Assembly: GCF_009914755.1 (NCBI RefSeq)
Contig: NC_060926.1
DNA from: the human T2T-CHM13v2.0 reference genome, Homo sapiens
Reading direction: 5' to 3' (one strand)
Length of the DNA stretch: 64,000 bases
The notes beneath the pieces were generated by a model. The model was not told the origin of the DNA. It made no database searches and saw only the letters and a list, made by a program, of their open reading frames with translations. The position numbers and the translations under genes were made by a program. The stretch's first letter is position 1. Every line of letters starts with the position of its first letter. Positions 16,519 through 31,207 of this stretch are shown here, piece after piece.

Positions 16519-18029
16519 CTAGACCTGTCCCTTAGCAGGGGGGTGGGGGGGTCTTTTCCCTAGAAGAAGAGTGTGGGCTTGCAGCACTTGATGGTTCCCT
16601 CCAGTATACAAAGAAAAGTGTGAAAAGGGAGAAAATGAAATTTGCTACTATTCCACAAAACCCTGGACGCACCCCTGATGCCGAGGCGTCCTGGAAGCCT
16701 GCTCTTACAAAGGCCCCTATTACTCATGTGGCATTTCTACCAACAGAAGATTCTGCAGGTTGTTGGCCTGAAAGCAACGGCCAGCCATTATCTGCCTGCC
16801 ATTTTGTAAAAAATAATAATAAAACCAAACCTTTGCTCAAGGCTGTGAATACTAAAATTTGCCAGAGAAAGTGGTGGGAGCTGCATTACTTAAATCTTTT
16901 CAAAATTGCCTGAATAAAGCACTTCCCTCAGATTTACACAAAAAATAGACTGGCGCTGACCCTGCGGGGCATCTATAAGATGATCTCAGAGGGATTTTTC
17001 CTGCATCTGATTTCTGTGAAGGAGAAAGGCTGGAGCTGAACCAATGAAACAAAGAAGTAAGTTCATATCCCCTCTCACCCCAAGCCCTTTAATCTCTAGT
17101 TGGGCTCCGATTCCAGATCGTTTCTACCAAAGAAGTTGTAAAAGCATCTACACATAATGTCATCCTAAAATATTGTAAGATCATCCTTTCAATTTTAAAG
17201 AGAGAACCATTTCAAATAGCCTTTCGTGCTTCCATTTCTTCTTCCATAATTACTACAAACGTTGTCATGAATGGACTCTGAATAAGTCTCCCAACTCCCT
17301 CCGGTGCCTCAAAATGCCCTCCACCTCACAGCAGTCAGAGACTAAGATATTCCCTTGCACAGCTTTTACGGCATGTGTTATTAAGTAAGGGTTGTTTGCT
17401 CTTTGAGATCCAAATAATCACATGGCAGCTTCTCAACCAACAGCTAGAATCCCCAAAAGTAACAGCAGAAAGAAATGGGCATCTTTTGCAGGAGGTGTAG
17501 CTTTGCTTTCTTTTCTTCTTCTTTCATTAATTCTTTCTTTAGAAAGCAGATAAGGAGGTATTATTTATTGAGAAGGAAGTGTGTGCATTAGCTACCATGG
17601 TAACTTATGTTACTATCAGCACTGTCCAGGCCAATTAAAGCCCTTTCATAATGTTCATTTTCTTTCTCTGGCCTGAGAAAGCCACTCAAGTCAGAGACAG
17701 ATAAGTATCTTACAAGCACGAAGCATCAGGCTTCGTATGTCCCTCTATTGACTTTCCTGGAAATCTTACTGTGCACAATGGAGTTGCATTTTCTTCCAAG
17801 TCTCTGGGAGGACCCTAGGCCCTGGACTGTGTCCAGCTCTAGCTCTAGGCAGGGAGAGATCTTCTTATGTAGGGTTCGGTCTTGCCACTATGCTCTTCTG
17901 CTGTTGCCTCCCAGTCGCTCTGCAGTTAGATTCTATGGATTTCTTCTTTCCCAGGGCTCTTTGTTTAGGCCCAGGAACCTGCTATTATAATCTCTTTGGT
18001 GCTAAAACTGCTTGTCTGCTGAGATCTAT

Positions 18030-18200
18030 CCGTTTATCCATCTACCCTTCCATCTATCCCTTCATTCATCCATCCATCCATCCATTTATTACCTACTACA
18101 TACCAGGTGTTGTATTTGGGTCAGAGATACTGAGATGGATCGGACATTGTTTCTATCCTCAAGAAACTTACAGTTTAATAGGTGAGGCAGGCAAAAAAGC
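18030..18200 (-). mobile_element. L2 3' end with (TCCA)n-like tail
   Basis: tccatccatccatttattacctactacataccagg...cctcaagaaacttacagtttaataggtgagg. Confidence 0.55.
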
Positions 18201-19403
18201 TGGTGATTTTATATATGAGCATATAAAATTAACATCATATGAAAAGTTTACAGTAAAACATTTTATTTTCACTTCTATGGTGCATACCCCGGGTTCTTCT
18301 CCCAAGTAAACTTAAGAAATGAATTGACATTCTCCCAGGGTTATGTGTACATGCATATACCCAAGGTATCTGAGTTGGGGTGGACATACAGTAGATGTCT
18401 TCTGGACATGGGGACTCTAATTGAAGTGGTGAGGGTACAGAGTCACTCTAGCAGAGACATTTTGGAGCTATGTCCCAGTTTTGGTGCCCTAGCAAACATG
18501 CTTTCATTCTTTCCAACTCCCATCCGCTCACCTGTGGATTAACCCTCCTAGGTTACCAGGATATCCATGATGCCTACCAATCCCTAGTTACCTGCTCATC
18601 ATGAGACTTACTCTTTTCTTAGCCACGTCTTTGGAGATGATAGAAGGCACCCTAACATTTGCATTCCAGATTCTATGTATGTCACTTCCATTGCTTCTTC
18701 GGGAAGGTTTGACTCCATCCTTCACACTTTATCGACTATAATGGGTATTCATCATAATGTAAAATAATGGGCAGGAAGAAAGGCCACATTGGATTAAAAA
18801 CATGGTTGTCCAACTTGGAGTAATGTAGCTGATGTGCCAGTGGCTTGCAGCCTGGATAAAATACACACTAATAGTGGATTTGTAGTGAATAAAAGTTTGC
18901 GTATGTTCTTCTGGTATGCACTGGACAGCCACGCTTATTAATAGTTGGTGGATTTCTGATTACTCAGTGTCCATGCCATACAAATTCAAAACTATATCAG
19001 CTAAAAGTGTTGATATAAATAAGTACTTCAATATAAATAAGTACTTCATGGGACAGCTTTGAATAAAGCATGCCTATATTTTATGTATTTTAATATAAGC
19101 AAGCATATATATTAGGCCTGGGATTTTAAAAGCATTTTCTGAGCCCCTTTAGCCTTTTCTTAAAGTTTCTCAGGGGTAACTTCCTTGGGTAAACAATGTG
19201 GCCAAGTAGGCAGGGCCTTGGTCACCCTCCTCCACTTTGTCAAAGCACCTGCTCTTTTGCGTTGGGTTCTGAGTAAGATTTCTTTTGAAGAAAGTGCTCC
19301 ATTAATAAGAAAAGTGGTTGAAATGCTATGAAGGTTTTATATTAAATGGTACTGTGGCAGTATGTCTATGGAGACCATGGGGATTCTAGGGGAGGGGCGC
19401 CTA

Positions 19404-19859
<456 letters not shown>

Positions 19860-21266
19860 TTAGCTCATTCAGAAAAGTGGCAAGTGGTTCAATATGGCTG
19901 GCAGGTTTGGTGAAGAGAAGCCTGAAGAAGCAAGCTGAGGTCAAGCCTACATTCCTGCCCACTCCACTCTGTCAGTTTCACATCCTTCAACCAGTGCTCT
20001 GGATCTGAGTGGTGCCTCCCAAACTCTGAACTTCAAACCCAATGCGGGTATCACATGTTTCTCCTGTCCTTTCTGCACTGCTGAACTTTGACCCCAACCA
20101 CATGACCTAGCCTAAAAGACTGGACATTGGATCCTGACAGCTCACCTGTCCATTTGCTTTCCAGCAGTCTGCATATACTCATCAACTTTCCAGACTCCTG
20201 AGCCCTAGCAAGCCTGAGGCCTGATTTGTCTAAAGCAAGTGCTGAACTTCCACCAGAATTGAAAATGCCAAAAGTTTCATCCCCTTGTGTGCCATTGAGC
20301 ACCACGATGGCTGCCAGCAAGGGAACTTTGGATCTTTACAAAGAGCTCAGTTCAAAGTCTTTAGAGAGCCGTCCTTTCTGGTGGAGAAATCTTAAGTCCT
20401 ATACTGCTTATTATGGTCTCCAAATTGTTGATTGTGACAAAGCAAGTTTTGTGTACAGGAAACAACGGCTTCCCTTCTCCTTTGGAGGATCTAAAAAAAA
20501 TTGATCTTAGATAACAAGCCATAAATAATTACAGAAACACTCAGCCTTTGCCTTTTTTCTTTTAATCTCATAATGGTACTTTAGTAATAACATCAACACT
20601 ACTATTTCTCTTCAGTTTTCACAGTGAAATAAAATAGCAAGAAAATGTAAATATTATAAATACTTGGTCCTTAAGACTTTGTGAGAAGACATTGTTATTG
20701 ATTCATTGCTGGCTCCTAATTTGCTAATTATGCATCACTGAATGCAAATTTTCCCCCCAAGCAGAGAAAAAGACCATTTTACAGGATGTCACAGGGAACA
20801 GAAATTTCCCAGGTATAGGAAGTCCTTGGGTTAAAACTGTGTTTTTCAATGTGAACTATAGATTCAATGTTTAGTTTTAAATATCTAAACTTTAAGTTAT
20901 CTCAAGCCATAAAGAAGTTAAAAGCCAAGCCACTCTCTCTAAACAGAGGTTGGACTTTCTAATCTGTTATTTTTTATGGGACAAAAGGAATGGCTATGCG
21001 GTATAAATGTTAAGCTGGCTTACCCTATGTAGCTTTTCTGTGGGAAGTTAGGAATAAAAATATGACCCAACAATGTGAGCAATAAATACTTGCCATGTAG
21101 TTAGTGATATTAGACATCCCCTGTTTGGAAATGTTCTGGGAAAAAAAGGAGGAGTCACTTTACTGTGAAGAATAAGACTACCATTAACGTGAGAAATAAT
21201 TTCCTAGATTTGAAGTGAAAAATGGTTGATTTAATATTTAACATTGGTGTTATATAGATTTTTAAT

Positions 21267-21569
<303 letters not shown>

Positions 21570-22059
21570 TGATTTTTAATATTTTATAACCATGGCAATA
21601 CATGATTATAACTTGGATATTATAATGCTATATAATATGCTGTGACTAAGGAAGCTCATTTTATAAAAATTATCAAGGTGGAAGCTTCATTTAATGCTCT
21701 AAAGCAGTTGTGTAATTGTCCCTTTTATTTAATTAAGCTTATTTGCCTCATAGTAGTAGATTTGATAGCATAAACACCATCTCTATGCCTCCCTATGATG
21801 CTTTTGTCATTCATTCATAACATCTGTTGAGCACCTACAAAGGACTAAGCCACTCTGTAAAGCAGGAGAAATCTGTAAGTAGGCTGTTGTCTTTGCCCTC
21901 CAGAAGTAAAAGATAAGTGGAATGGGATGTCTGACGTGCTCTGACGTAAGTGTGAACAGGGTGCAGAGGAAAAACAAGGGGGTGGGGGTTGGGTCTAGAT
22001 GGACAGGGGCCTGGTGTACAGCCCTACAATGCAAGATTGACACATAAAAGATGAGGAGG

Positions 22060-22270
22060 TGTCATGAAGAAGGCCCTGCACTGGGAATCAGATGGCTTGA
22101 GTTTGGCTCCTTGTCCAGCTGCTTACTAGGTTTAGATTAGGACTCTGGGCAATTCACTTCAACTCCATGAGTTTTCTCAGCTATAAAATGGAAGTAATAA
22201 TGGCTCCTTGGCCATCTCACAGAATGGCAGTTTTAAGGTTTAAATGAGCTGGTGCATATGAACATCTTTT
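22060..22270 (+). mobile_element. MIR SINE
   Basis: ctgggaatcaga...ctgggcaattcacttcaactcc...gttttctcagctataaaatgg...aaggtttaaatgag. Confidence 0.65.
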
Positions 22271-22286
22271 TAAAAAGATTTAAAAA

Positions 22287-22622
22287 GCTAAGCTATGATA
22301 TTTGGTAGGCTAGGTGTATTAAATACTTTTTTGACTTACAATATTTTCACCTTACAATGAGTTTATCAGTTGAAAATGCATTTAATACACCTAACCTATT
22401 GCACATTATAGTTTAGGCTAGCCTACCTTAAACATGTTCAGGATACTTACATTAGCCTGTAATTGGGTGAAATCATCTAACACAAAGCCTATGTTAGAAT
22501 AAAGTATTGAATTCCCGTGTAATTTATTGAACACTGTATATTTTGTTGAAATTGCAATGGTTTTGCACCATCATAAAGTTGAAATATTATAAGTTAAGCC
22601 ATTACAAGTCAGAGACCATCTG
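22287..22622. mobile_element. MER47A-like (TcMar-Tigger) element with an inverted 5' segment
   Basis: gaaaatgcatttaatacacctaaccta...aaatcatctaacacaaagccta...gaccatctg followed by TA; 22287-22367 is the reverse complement of the element's 5' region. Confidence 0.75.
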
Positions 22623-23043
22623 TATATATACACGTGCGTACATATATATACATATGTTTACTATATAAGATACATATATATTTATATTGTGGGCACTGGC
22701 GTCCTGTCCCAAGCACTGTGGCTCCTTTAGGACTTCATAATGAGAGAGGAAGATGAAGAATTTCGAGGGGACTCAGGAGAGATGGATAAGGAAGTAAAAA
22801 AAGAATAAAACGAGAAACCCAAGACACCACGTACAATAAACACAGGAAGGGCTCCAGGTGTTTCCTATCTCTACTACGAACCAAACAAGAAGAAATGGTT
22901 TTAAATCCCAGCACAAGAGATTTGGGTCAGGAATAAGGATGTTTTTTTTTTTTTCTCTAAAGAGCTGTTAAAACATTAAGATGGCCGGAAAAAAAAAATG
23001 TTCTGGTTTTCTCCTCTGGGAGCCTTTAAAAATAGGGAGAATG

Positions 23044-23334
23044 GGCAAGGCGCGTTGGCACACGCCTGTAATCCTAGCACTTTGGGAGGCCAAGGCGGGC
23101 AGATCACTTGAGGCCAGGAGTTCAAGACCAGACTGGACAACATGGCAAAACCCTGTCTCTACTAAAAATACAAAAATTAGCCGGGTGTGGTAGCGTGTGC
23201 CTGTAATCCCAGCTACTCAGGAGGCTGAGGCACAAGAATCACTTGAACCCCAGAGGTGGAGATTTCAGTGAGCCAAGATCACGCCACTGGGCGACAGAGC
23301 GAGACCCTGTCTAAAAAAAAAAAAAAAAAAAAAA
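23044..23334 (+). mobile_element. AluS with a 12-bp internal deletion
   Basis: Full dimer, but reads acgccactgggcgacag (cactccagcctg absent); long A tail. Confidence 0.92.
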
Positions 23335-25120
23335 GGAAGAATGGTGCTATCTTATGATGGGTCACTGTTCAGTGCTGAGTATATAAAACAGAGGTTAAGG
23401 ACAAGAAATGCACAGAAAACACTTGGTACAACATTAAATTATTCCTTTGGGGGAGAACTGGAATCCTGAGAATCACATCAGGGCCCCACTCAGCCTTCTG
23501 GATGTGGTAGATGGGAAAGATATGCCTTCTCTTCTCTGGACCTCTGTGATTCTTTATTCTTTTGTATAATTTCAGATGTTTTATGTCATCTCTATACAGA
23601 CTGAGGCCATGAAAGTCATTTGCTGCAGAATGAACTAAACATGCAACTGCTTTCTCTTAAGCATGTGAGCTGATTTCCATTCTTGGTGGGATTCTATTAT
23701 TCCATCCCATTGCAACGTAGAGCACCGTACAGGCTTAGTGGACACTGGACTAACACAAGCCTATACGTTACAGCCTTTACTTCCATGCAGTCTAGTTCAG
23801 GGATTACTGGTATGTGGCTGGCTAGAAACCAGGAACTTTGGGACCTAATGAAAATTCTTAATTTGGCTGTTTTCTGGACTCTGTAAAGTGAATAAAGTGA
23901 ACTAGAATCTTCAAAGCAGCCAGGTAAAGATGTAGTCCAAAGAGAAGGCAAGGGATAGACTGCATAACCAGCTCAAACATATCTTAAAGACATCATTTGC
24001 CCTGTTGGAATTGTTCTGGAATATTTTAGAACTGACACCGTGATTAAACCTGGCTTCCATTCCAACCACAGATGAGAGGCTACAAATGGGCAGAGGCCTA
24101 CGGTGGGTTTGCCTGTTGTCTCTAGTGCTGCCATTGCTCCTGCCTCTGCCCTTCTTTGGCTGTGAGAGAAAGAATTCAGGGCCAGAGGATGCACCAATGG
24201 GTCCTCTCCTTTCCAGTTGTAATATTTGGTTCAGACTCGTTCTTGAAATGGCAATGTTCTTCCTTAAACATATTTCCCATGTGATCACACCATAGCTTGG
24301 AGCATGGGATGCTTTTTTCCACCCTCCATGATCAGGGAGTCTGCCTCTGTGTTTGTGTAGCCAGCAGAGAAAATGGCAGAAGTAAGAGGAAGTTTCTGTT
24401 GTAACTGTCTATTTTTAGTGGCTCATAAACTTCTCAATATTCCTTGGCCTGAAGCTACACATGCTTGGTCTCAGCCCAAAGGGAAGTTATTTTGGAAAGT
24501 TTGAGCAAAATCCTCTCCATTGCTGTTTGGGCTGGGTAAAGGAGACAGAAATAAATGGACTTTTGGAAAAACAGGTCTGTTACTCTGGGGCTGGTGTGGA
24601 ACTGGCTGCTGGAATCCTACCTGGTGCGCCCTCCCCCAGGCTCCCGTTAGAGGAGGGTGCTGACTGAGGTCCTTTAATCGGCCGTCCTTCTAGCCACAGG
24701 AAAATGGCATCGCCACTGCTGCTGAGGCGAGTTCTGATAGCAGCGTGGTCAACAGGCTACACTGTGGCATGAAAGGAGAATGAACTGGATCCAAACTCAG
24801 GAAACCTGTGGTCTACACAGACAACTGGCTCTTACTAGTTGTGTGGCCTCAGACAGATCTATTCCCTTTCTCTAGGTTCAGTTGCCTCCTCTATAAAATG
24901 AAGTGGTTAGGCCAGTTCTCCAGCAGACACGTTCTAAAGTTCTAATTCTGATATGGAACAAGAGGATAGGAGTAGATTTCATCTTGGGATGAAAATACCC
25001 AAACAACTGGGGGGATATTCTCTTCATTCTTTGGAGGCAATGCTGGTCAGAAGCCACTGAGACCAAAAGTCAGGCTCTTCCTGAAGCCCACATGAGGGAG
25101 AATTTAAAAATTGAGGCTCT

Positions 25121-25311
25121 GGGTGGGGGGAGGTGGGAGGGATAGCTTTAGGAGATATACCTAATGCTAAATGATGAGTTAATGGGTGCAGCACACTAGC
25201 ATGACAAATGTATACATATGTAACTAACCTGCACATTGTGCACATGTACCCTAAAACTTAAAGTATAATAATAATAATAAAAAAAGAAAAGAAAAATAAA
25301 AAATAAAAAAA
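25121..25311 (+). mobile_element. Young L1PA (PA2/PA3-like), extremely 5'-truncated insertion
   Basis: ggagatatacctaatgctaaatgatgagttaatggg...accctaaaacttaaagtataata + A-rich tail; perfect TSD AAAAATTGAGGCTCT (25106-25120 and 25313-25327). Confidence 0.93.
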
Positions 25312-26249
25312 TAAAAATTGAGGCTCTCTCGTACAAACGCATAGGATTTCTTGTTTGTGGAGGGTAGAGATGCGGGAGAGAGCTAAACAAAGGCGATGAT
25401 TTATAGGCGGTAATTCTGTGTCACTTCCCAGAAGTAAAGCTATTTATCCATCCAAGCAGATGAAAATAAAGCTCAATTCTCCTTCTTCCAAAAATGCAAA
25501 ACCATTTGTTTATTTATTCATCTATTTCTTCTAACAATAATTATTGAGTGCCCACGAATTTTCACCTTTTCCTGTTTGAGTGGGAAAGCAAATGGACAGG
25601 GGAAGGGAAAGGTAAGGGAAAAATGGGTTGACACAGAAGATAGAGCTTGGGGTCTAGGGAGTACATTGAACTTGAAAATGGTATCCTCCAGGAAGGACCT
25701 AGAGCATCACTAAACTGAGTGGCCAGATGCCCAGATTATATATTTGTACTTCCCACGTGCTTCCAGGTTTCAGAGGCAAATCCCCCGACCCAGCTGACTA
25801 TCAAGATGCTGGGCAGGATGCCATCACACCTACATCAGCCTTGTCACTTCCTTGCTCTGTCATTCATTCCCAGGGGAAGCTCTGAGTTCCCACATGTCCT
25901 CGGCCAGGAAGGTAGGTGTGGACACATCTGTGTGTATCACAGAGCATGGCTGATAAGCACCAGCTGCTGGACCCTATTTGGCCCAGAGAACCACATCCTC
26001 TTCCCTATCAGCTACTGCAGCAAAACCACAGACCTCATCCAGAGCCAGGTTTTGAGAAAGAGAAGAAGGAATGGTGTGGGGAGCTTGACTGGGTTTCTTG
26101 CCAACCAGGCTAGAATGACCTGGTGTTGGTACTGCTGCTGTCAGAAGCTGTAGAGGAGTGGCAGCATCCTTCTTCTGAGGCTTTAGCATGAAACCAAGAG
26201 AAAGGAATACCTCTACCTTCATCAACCTGAGAAAGCGATACCAGAGCAT

Positions 26250-26421
26250 TAGAGTGGTCCTTCTCAGGCCTTCATGTGCATACAAATCACCTAGGGATCT
26301 TGTTAGAAGGCAAATGCTCAATCAGCAGGTCTGTGATGGCACCTGGGAGTTTCCATTTTTTAACAAACTTCTAGGCGATGCCCAGAGAGTTGGTCCATAG
26401 ACCACACTTTGACTAGCAAGG
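26250..26421. mobile_element. MER5-family hAT-Charlie MITE
   Basis: aatcacctagggatcttgtta...cagcaggtctg...tttttaacaaactt...ggtccatagaccacactttgactagcaagg. Confidence 0.75.
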
Positions 26422-26836
26422 ATCTATGATAGTCTCCCCAGCACCCCTCCCCAGGGGTAGGAACACAATCGTGAATCAAGCTGGACCAATGAAAACCTCT
26501 CAACATGGGCCAAGGGGTGGGGACATGACCCCTGGAAGGCCAATCAGAGTTGTTTTTAGAGAAAAAATAGGTGGAGGGGTGGGTAGGGGATGGTCAATAC
26601 AGACCTGAGAAGCAAAGCTCTATCCTCTAGCTGCTAAAGGGTAAGCCAGAGCCACTACTAGTAATGATTCCCATCTCAAGGAGAGAAGATGCAACAGATA
26701 TGCAAGAAAAGGGGAACAGAGGAACAGAGAGGATCTTGACTGGTTCAATGTCCTGGTTCTAGTTGTCCCTAAGGACAGCTCCACCTTCTTGTGGTTTTCC
26801 TCTGTGAGTTTGCAAATTGTCCTTTGTTGCTTAAAC

Positions 26837-26995
26837 CAGTGGTTCTCAACCTGACTGCCATTAGGATCTGATGTCAGGGTCTCTCACCTGGGGAACTGGA
26901 TTCAATTGGTCTGGGTCTGGGATAGGACTTGGGCATAGGTAGGTTTTAAAGCTCCCCCGGTGATTTGAATGCACTGCCAAGATGGAGACCTGCTG
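26837..26995. mobile_element. MER5A1-like MITE inserted near the end of an old ERVL LTR (~26430-27030)
   Basis: cagtggttctcaacctg...attcaattggtctggg...ttttaaagctcccccggtgatttgaatg. Confidence 0.7.
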
Positions 26996-29329
26996 AATTA
27001 AGCTCATTCAAGTTGGATATCCATCACAGCGACTGAGAGAGTCTAAAGTGGGTTCTCAGGAACCACTGATCTAGGAGAGCAGTCAGACTCAACAGGAAGG
27101 CTGGGACAGACTCCAAGAGCACAGCATCTACAGGGGGCCTGAAGAGAGGGAGGCTGTGGGCAATACTCCAGCTTTCAGTGACCTCTCTGCTCCCTAAACT
27201 CTGTGCTGAAAGATGCCCTCTCTGAATCATGTGTAGTGCTCAGTCTTATTTCGGTCTTTGTTTCCAAGGGGTTAGCTCTTGCTTCAGATCCTATGCTCCT
27301 TAAGGGCAGGGATGGTATTTGTTGCCTCTTTCCTTTCTTCTAAAGCACCAGCCTCTGTTCATTTACTGGCATTCTCACACAGGGGATAAATGGGCATCTG
27401 AGCCTGTGCCATCATTGGCTGGCCTCAGCTTTCCAACCTGTCTTCCCAACTTCCTCCTTGACTGTGAAGAACTCCTAAGGCTGCTGACTGTTTTCAGCAT
27501 GGGTTTTGGAGGAGGGGAGCGGAGGCGGAGGTGAAGGCAGAGGTTCATCAAGTGCTTGTTTTATAGTTCAGACCCACATCTTAGTTCAGAGTGGATGGAA
27601 CATGCCAGAAGTGGGAGATAAAGGGGTTTGTGAATTCCTTTGCCACTTAGGTTCAACAACTTGTTCTCTTGAAATAGAAATAGCTGCTAGCATTTTTTTA
27701 GTCCAAGTTCAGGCCCTTTTCTCAGAAATGCAGTTGCCTGTGGAAAACTGACACTCCCTAACGAGTCCTTAACAACTGTCAGCCCCAGAGCAATAGTAAT
27801 GATTCTGCAGGCTTCTTGCTAAATTCCAGCGATGGTTTCTGCCAGGGCCTGGGAACAGATGTGCACTTGGAGCTCTTTGGGTGGTATCCTCTTCCCTTCC
27901 CTTGGGAGGACTTGCCCTGGGAGGCTTCCAGGCAGACCTTCCACAGCGGTGTGTGTGAGGAGTCCCAGGGAGTGGGTGTAGAGCTCTTGGGAGCCTCAGG
28001 GCACTTCTCCCTGAAATCAAAGAATCTTAAACACAATAGGGTCCTGAGCTGACAGTTAAACAGACATGTGCTTTGCCAAGAAAACACATACACACACCCC
28101 TGCACGCTCATTAACATGTAGAAAATCTTCCACAAATGTAAACACTGTCGTTCATTGCATGGATGAAGGCAAGAACATAACATACATAAGACAGCTTCCA
28201 TCAAAGGTCCTCTAGGAGTCCAGAGCTTAGCTATGGTCTTCTAGAGTATTATGCTACTACCTTGCTGTGTGATTTGGGATAGTTCAGTTAATTTGTCTGG
28301 GCCTCAGATTTCTCATGACTAGATATCTGTGGTCCATTCTAGCAACAACATTTTTACAATCTGGCAAATTATTCTTTAACTAAGGTCAATAGTCTTCAAA
28401 TAATAGATGTGGGAAAACTAATTACAATTATTGGAATATTAGGGGACTATTTCCAAGTGACTTGATTCTGCATAGATGTCAATTCTTTTATTTTGTGGAG
28501 ACTTGGCAGAAACAAAAGGCTAATTGGGAAGAAATTGTAGCCTCCTAGTTGTAGCCTTGGTGTATTAAATAGATCCCCTTTGGCATAGTGAGATAGATAA
28601 TTCATTTTTTCTAGCTCATTTGAGAATTTTTGTTGTGCTTTGTTTCTCTCTCCCTCCTTCTTCCCCCAGGCTCAATGACAGCCAGAGGTGACCTGTCCCA
28701 GCACACCTGGGAAGGACATGGGAATGGGGTGGGGGGAGTCCAGTCAAGTCAACAGCTGCTTACTGCACATGCTAAAAGGGCACTAGATAAATAGCAAGGG
28801 ATACCTACCCAGAGAACTGCCCCTCCCAGGCCATTCTGGAGAACTTCCACCTCCCAGAGGTGGAATCCAGCCAGTACTTCCTAGCTGGCTCTGAAATCGG
28901 ATGCATGGTTTTCAGTTCTCAGTAGGGGGAGTACATTTAATTTCATGTTCAGAGCCCGAGTTAATTTTTATTAGTATAATCAAATTATTGGTTAAGTAAA
29001 TTTTCTTTCTTATAAGTAAAACTCCAAAGTCTTCTAAGATAACATGAAGTAATCCCATGATGCCCTAAATATGTAGAAGTAATAAAGCTTGTAGGTTCGT
29101 TTATCCATCCATAAGTATTTGTTAAATAATAAATGAATTAATAATTAGTTCTTAATTAACAGAATATATATATATTTCCTGTAACTTTCTTTGAACTTCA
29201 CTATTTTTTAAAAAAATACCTTTAAATGAGAAAACATAAACCGGTGTTGTGTGTGGCACATAAATGTTAGCTATTTTAATTATTTTAGTGTAGATAATGA
29301 ATGGAATGCTTCCCCATTCAATACAAATC

Positions 29330-29810
<481 letters not shown>

Positions 29811-31207
29811 AGAAGGGAAATAGGACAGGTGGTGTGCATTTCATTACTGGTGTCTTCAGAAGCCCTGAGGGTATCTGGCTAATTCCATCAGGATTGAGAG
29901 GGTTTGATGTTGTTTTTAAGAACCCTGATGAACAAGGTCTCTTTACAGGGCAGGCACTCCCCTCACCATTTACCCAACCCCTCTCCCTACCTCAACAGTG
30001 AGGACAGGGCTTCATCACCCACACTAGCTTTCCTCCTTTCCCCAAGCGGGTGGCTGTCCACCTGCAGGGATTAGGCAAACTTTCTGGCTTTACGTTATCC
30101 TGGTGTCCCCAAACATGGGCACGAGAGCCACGTCCATTTTAAGGATTGTTTTGCTGTTTATGAACAGGAAGGCAGGTGACAACCCTTATAAGGTACATAG
30201 AGCCGGGTGATGTGGCTGGGGATCAGGGTCCAACTCAGGGTGAGGCAAGTGAGGACAAGGCATGCAATTGCAGGGCTGGATCTGATCATGTCTTTGTTTA
30301 ACATTTTGATATTTTGTTCATGCTGGAATTTTGCATTAAAATATTCTCTTGCTTTCTGATGTTTTTGGTACCCCCTTATATTTTGATGAAGTCAACAGTG
30401 TTTCAATCACCAGCACTGTCAGATTAGATTTAGTTGTTGAATTGGTGTTTTTTTTTTTAATGGTTTCAGAGCAGATCAAGGCCTTGGTATTTGTATAATA
30501 CGATGATGCATCATTACTTCTGAGTTGCCACAGATAAATTAACAGTGCCTGGTGCAGGTTAGGAACTCAACAAGTGTAGGTTTCCTTTCTTCCACTCTCA
30601 AGGGGAGAAACGTCTCAAAGCTTGAGGGAATCTTCATCAGCTCAATGAATATGTCCAAGTGAAATGTGATAGGTGAGTAGGTCTCTGTGGATCTATTCCC
30701 CACTGCAATGGAAGGATTGTTTTTACTTCTGATGTAAGAAAACTGTTTGCCTGCCTGTGGCCTCCTATAGCACTTCATCTCTCCTGGATTACCACCCTTC
30801 CTCTGCTGGTGCATCTGCTCCAATGTCTGCCTCCCACAGGACTGTGAGTTTCTCTATGAAGGGATGTTGTCTTACCCTGTTTCTCCCTAGCAGTGCCCAG
30901 TCTAGACCTGCTCAATGAACGTTTATGAAGTGAAGGAATCAATTGGGTAGTATTTCCGACATATGCAAAATGTTTTTGGGAGACACCTTATTATGGTGCT
31001 TTTTTGCTGGCCTAAACTTTTTGTACCAGTAATTCTTTAACAAATCAGAACCAAATGCATTCTGTGAATGCTATCTAGCTCTCTCTTCCTATATTTCCAT
31101 TTATGAGTGTTCAGTGTATGTAGGGTCTGGCCATTTAGGAAAGTCAGTTTTGGGCCAGAGTGCCTGTCACTTGAAACCATTATTTTAGTGATTGAAAGTT
31201 TTCTTCA

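Noticed and set aside
28640-28695. Polypyrimidine tract plus CAG acceptor suggesting a lncRNA exon
   Set aside because: Only a weak nearby donor and no other exon evidence from sequence alone.
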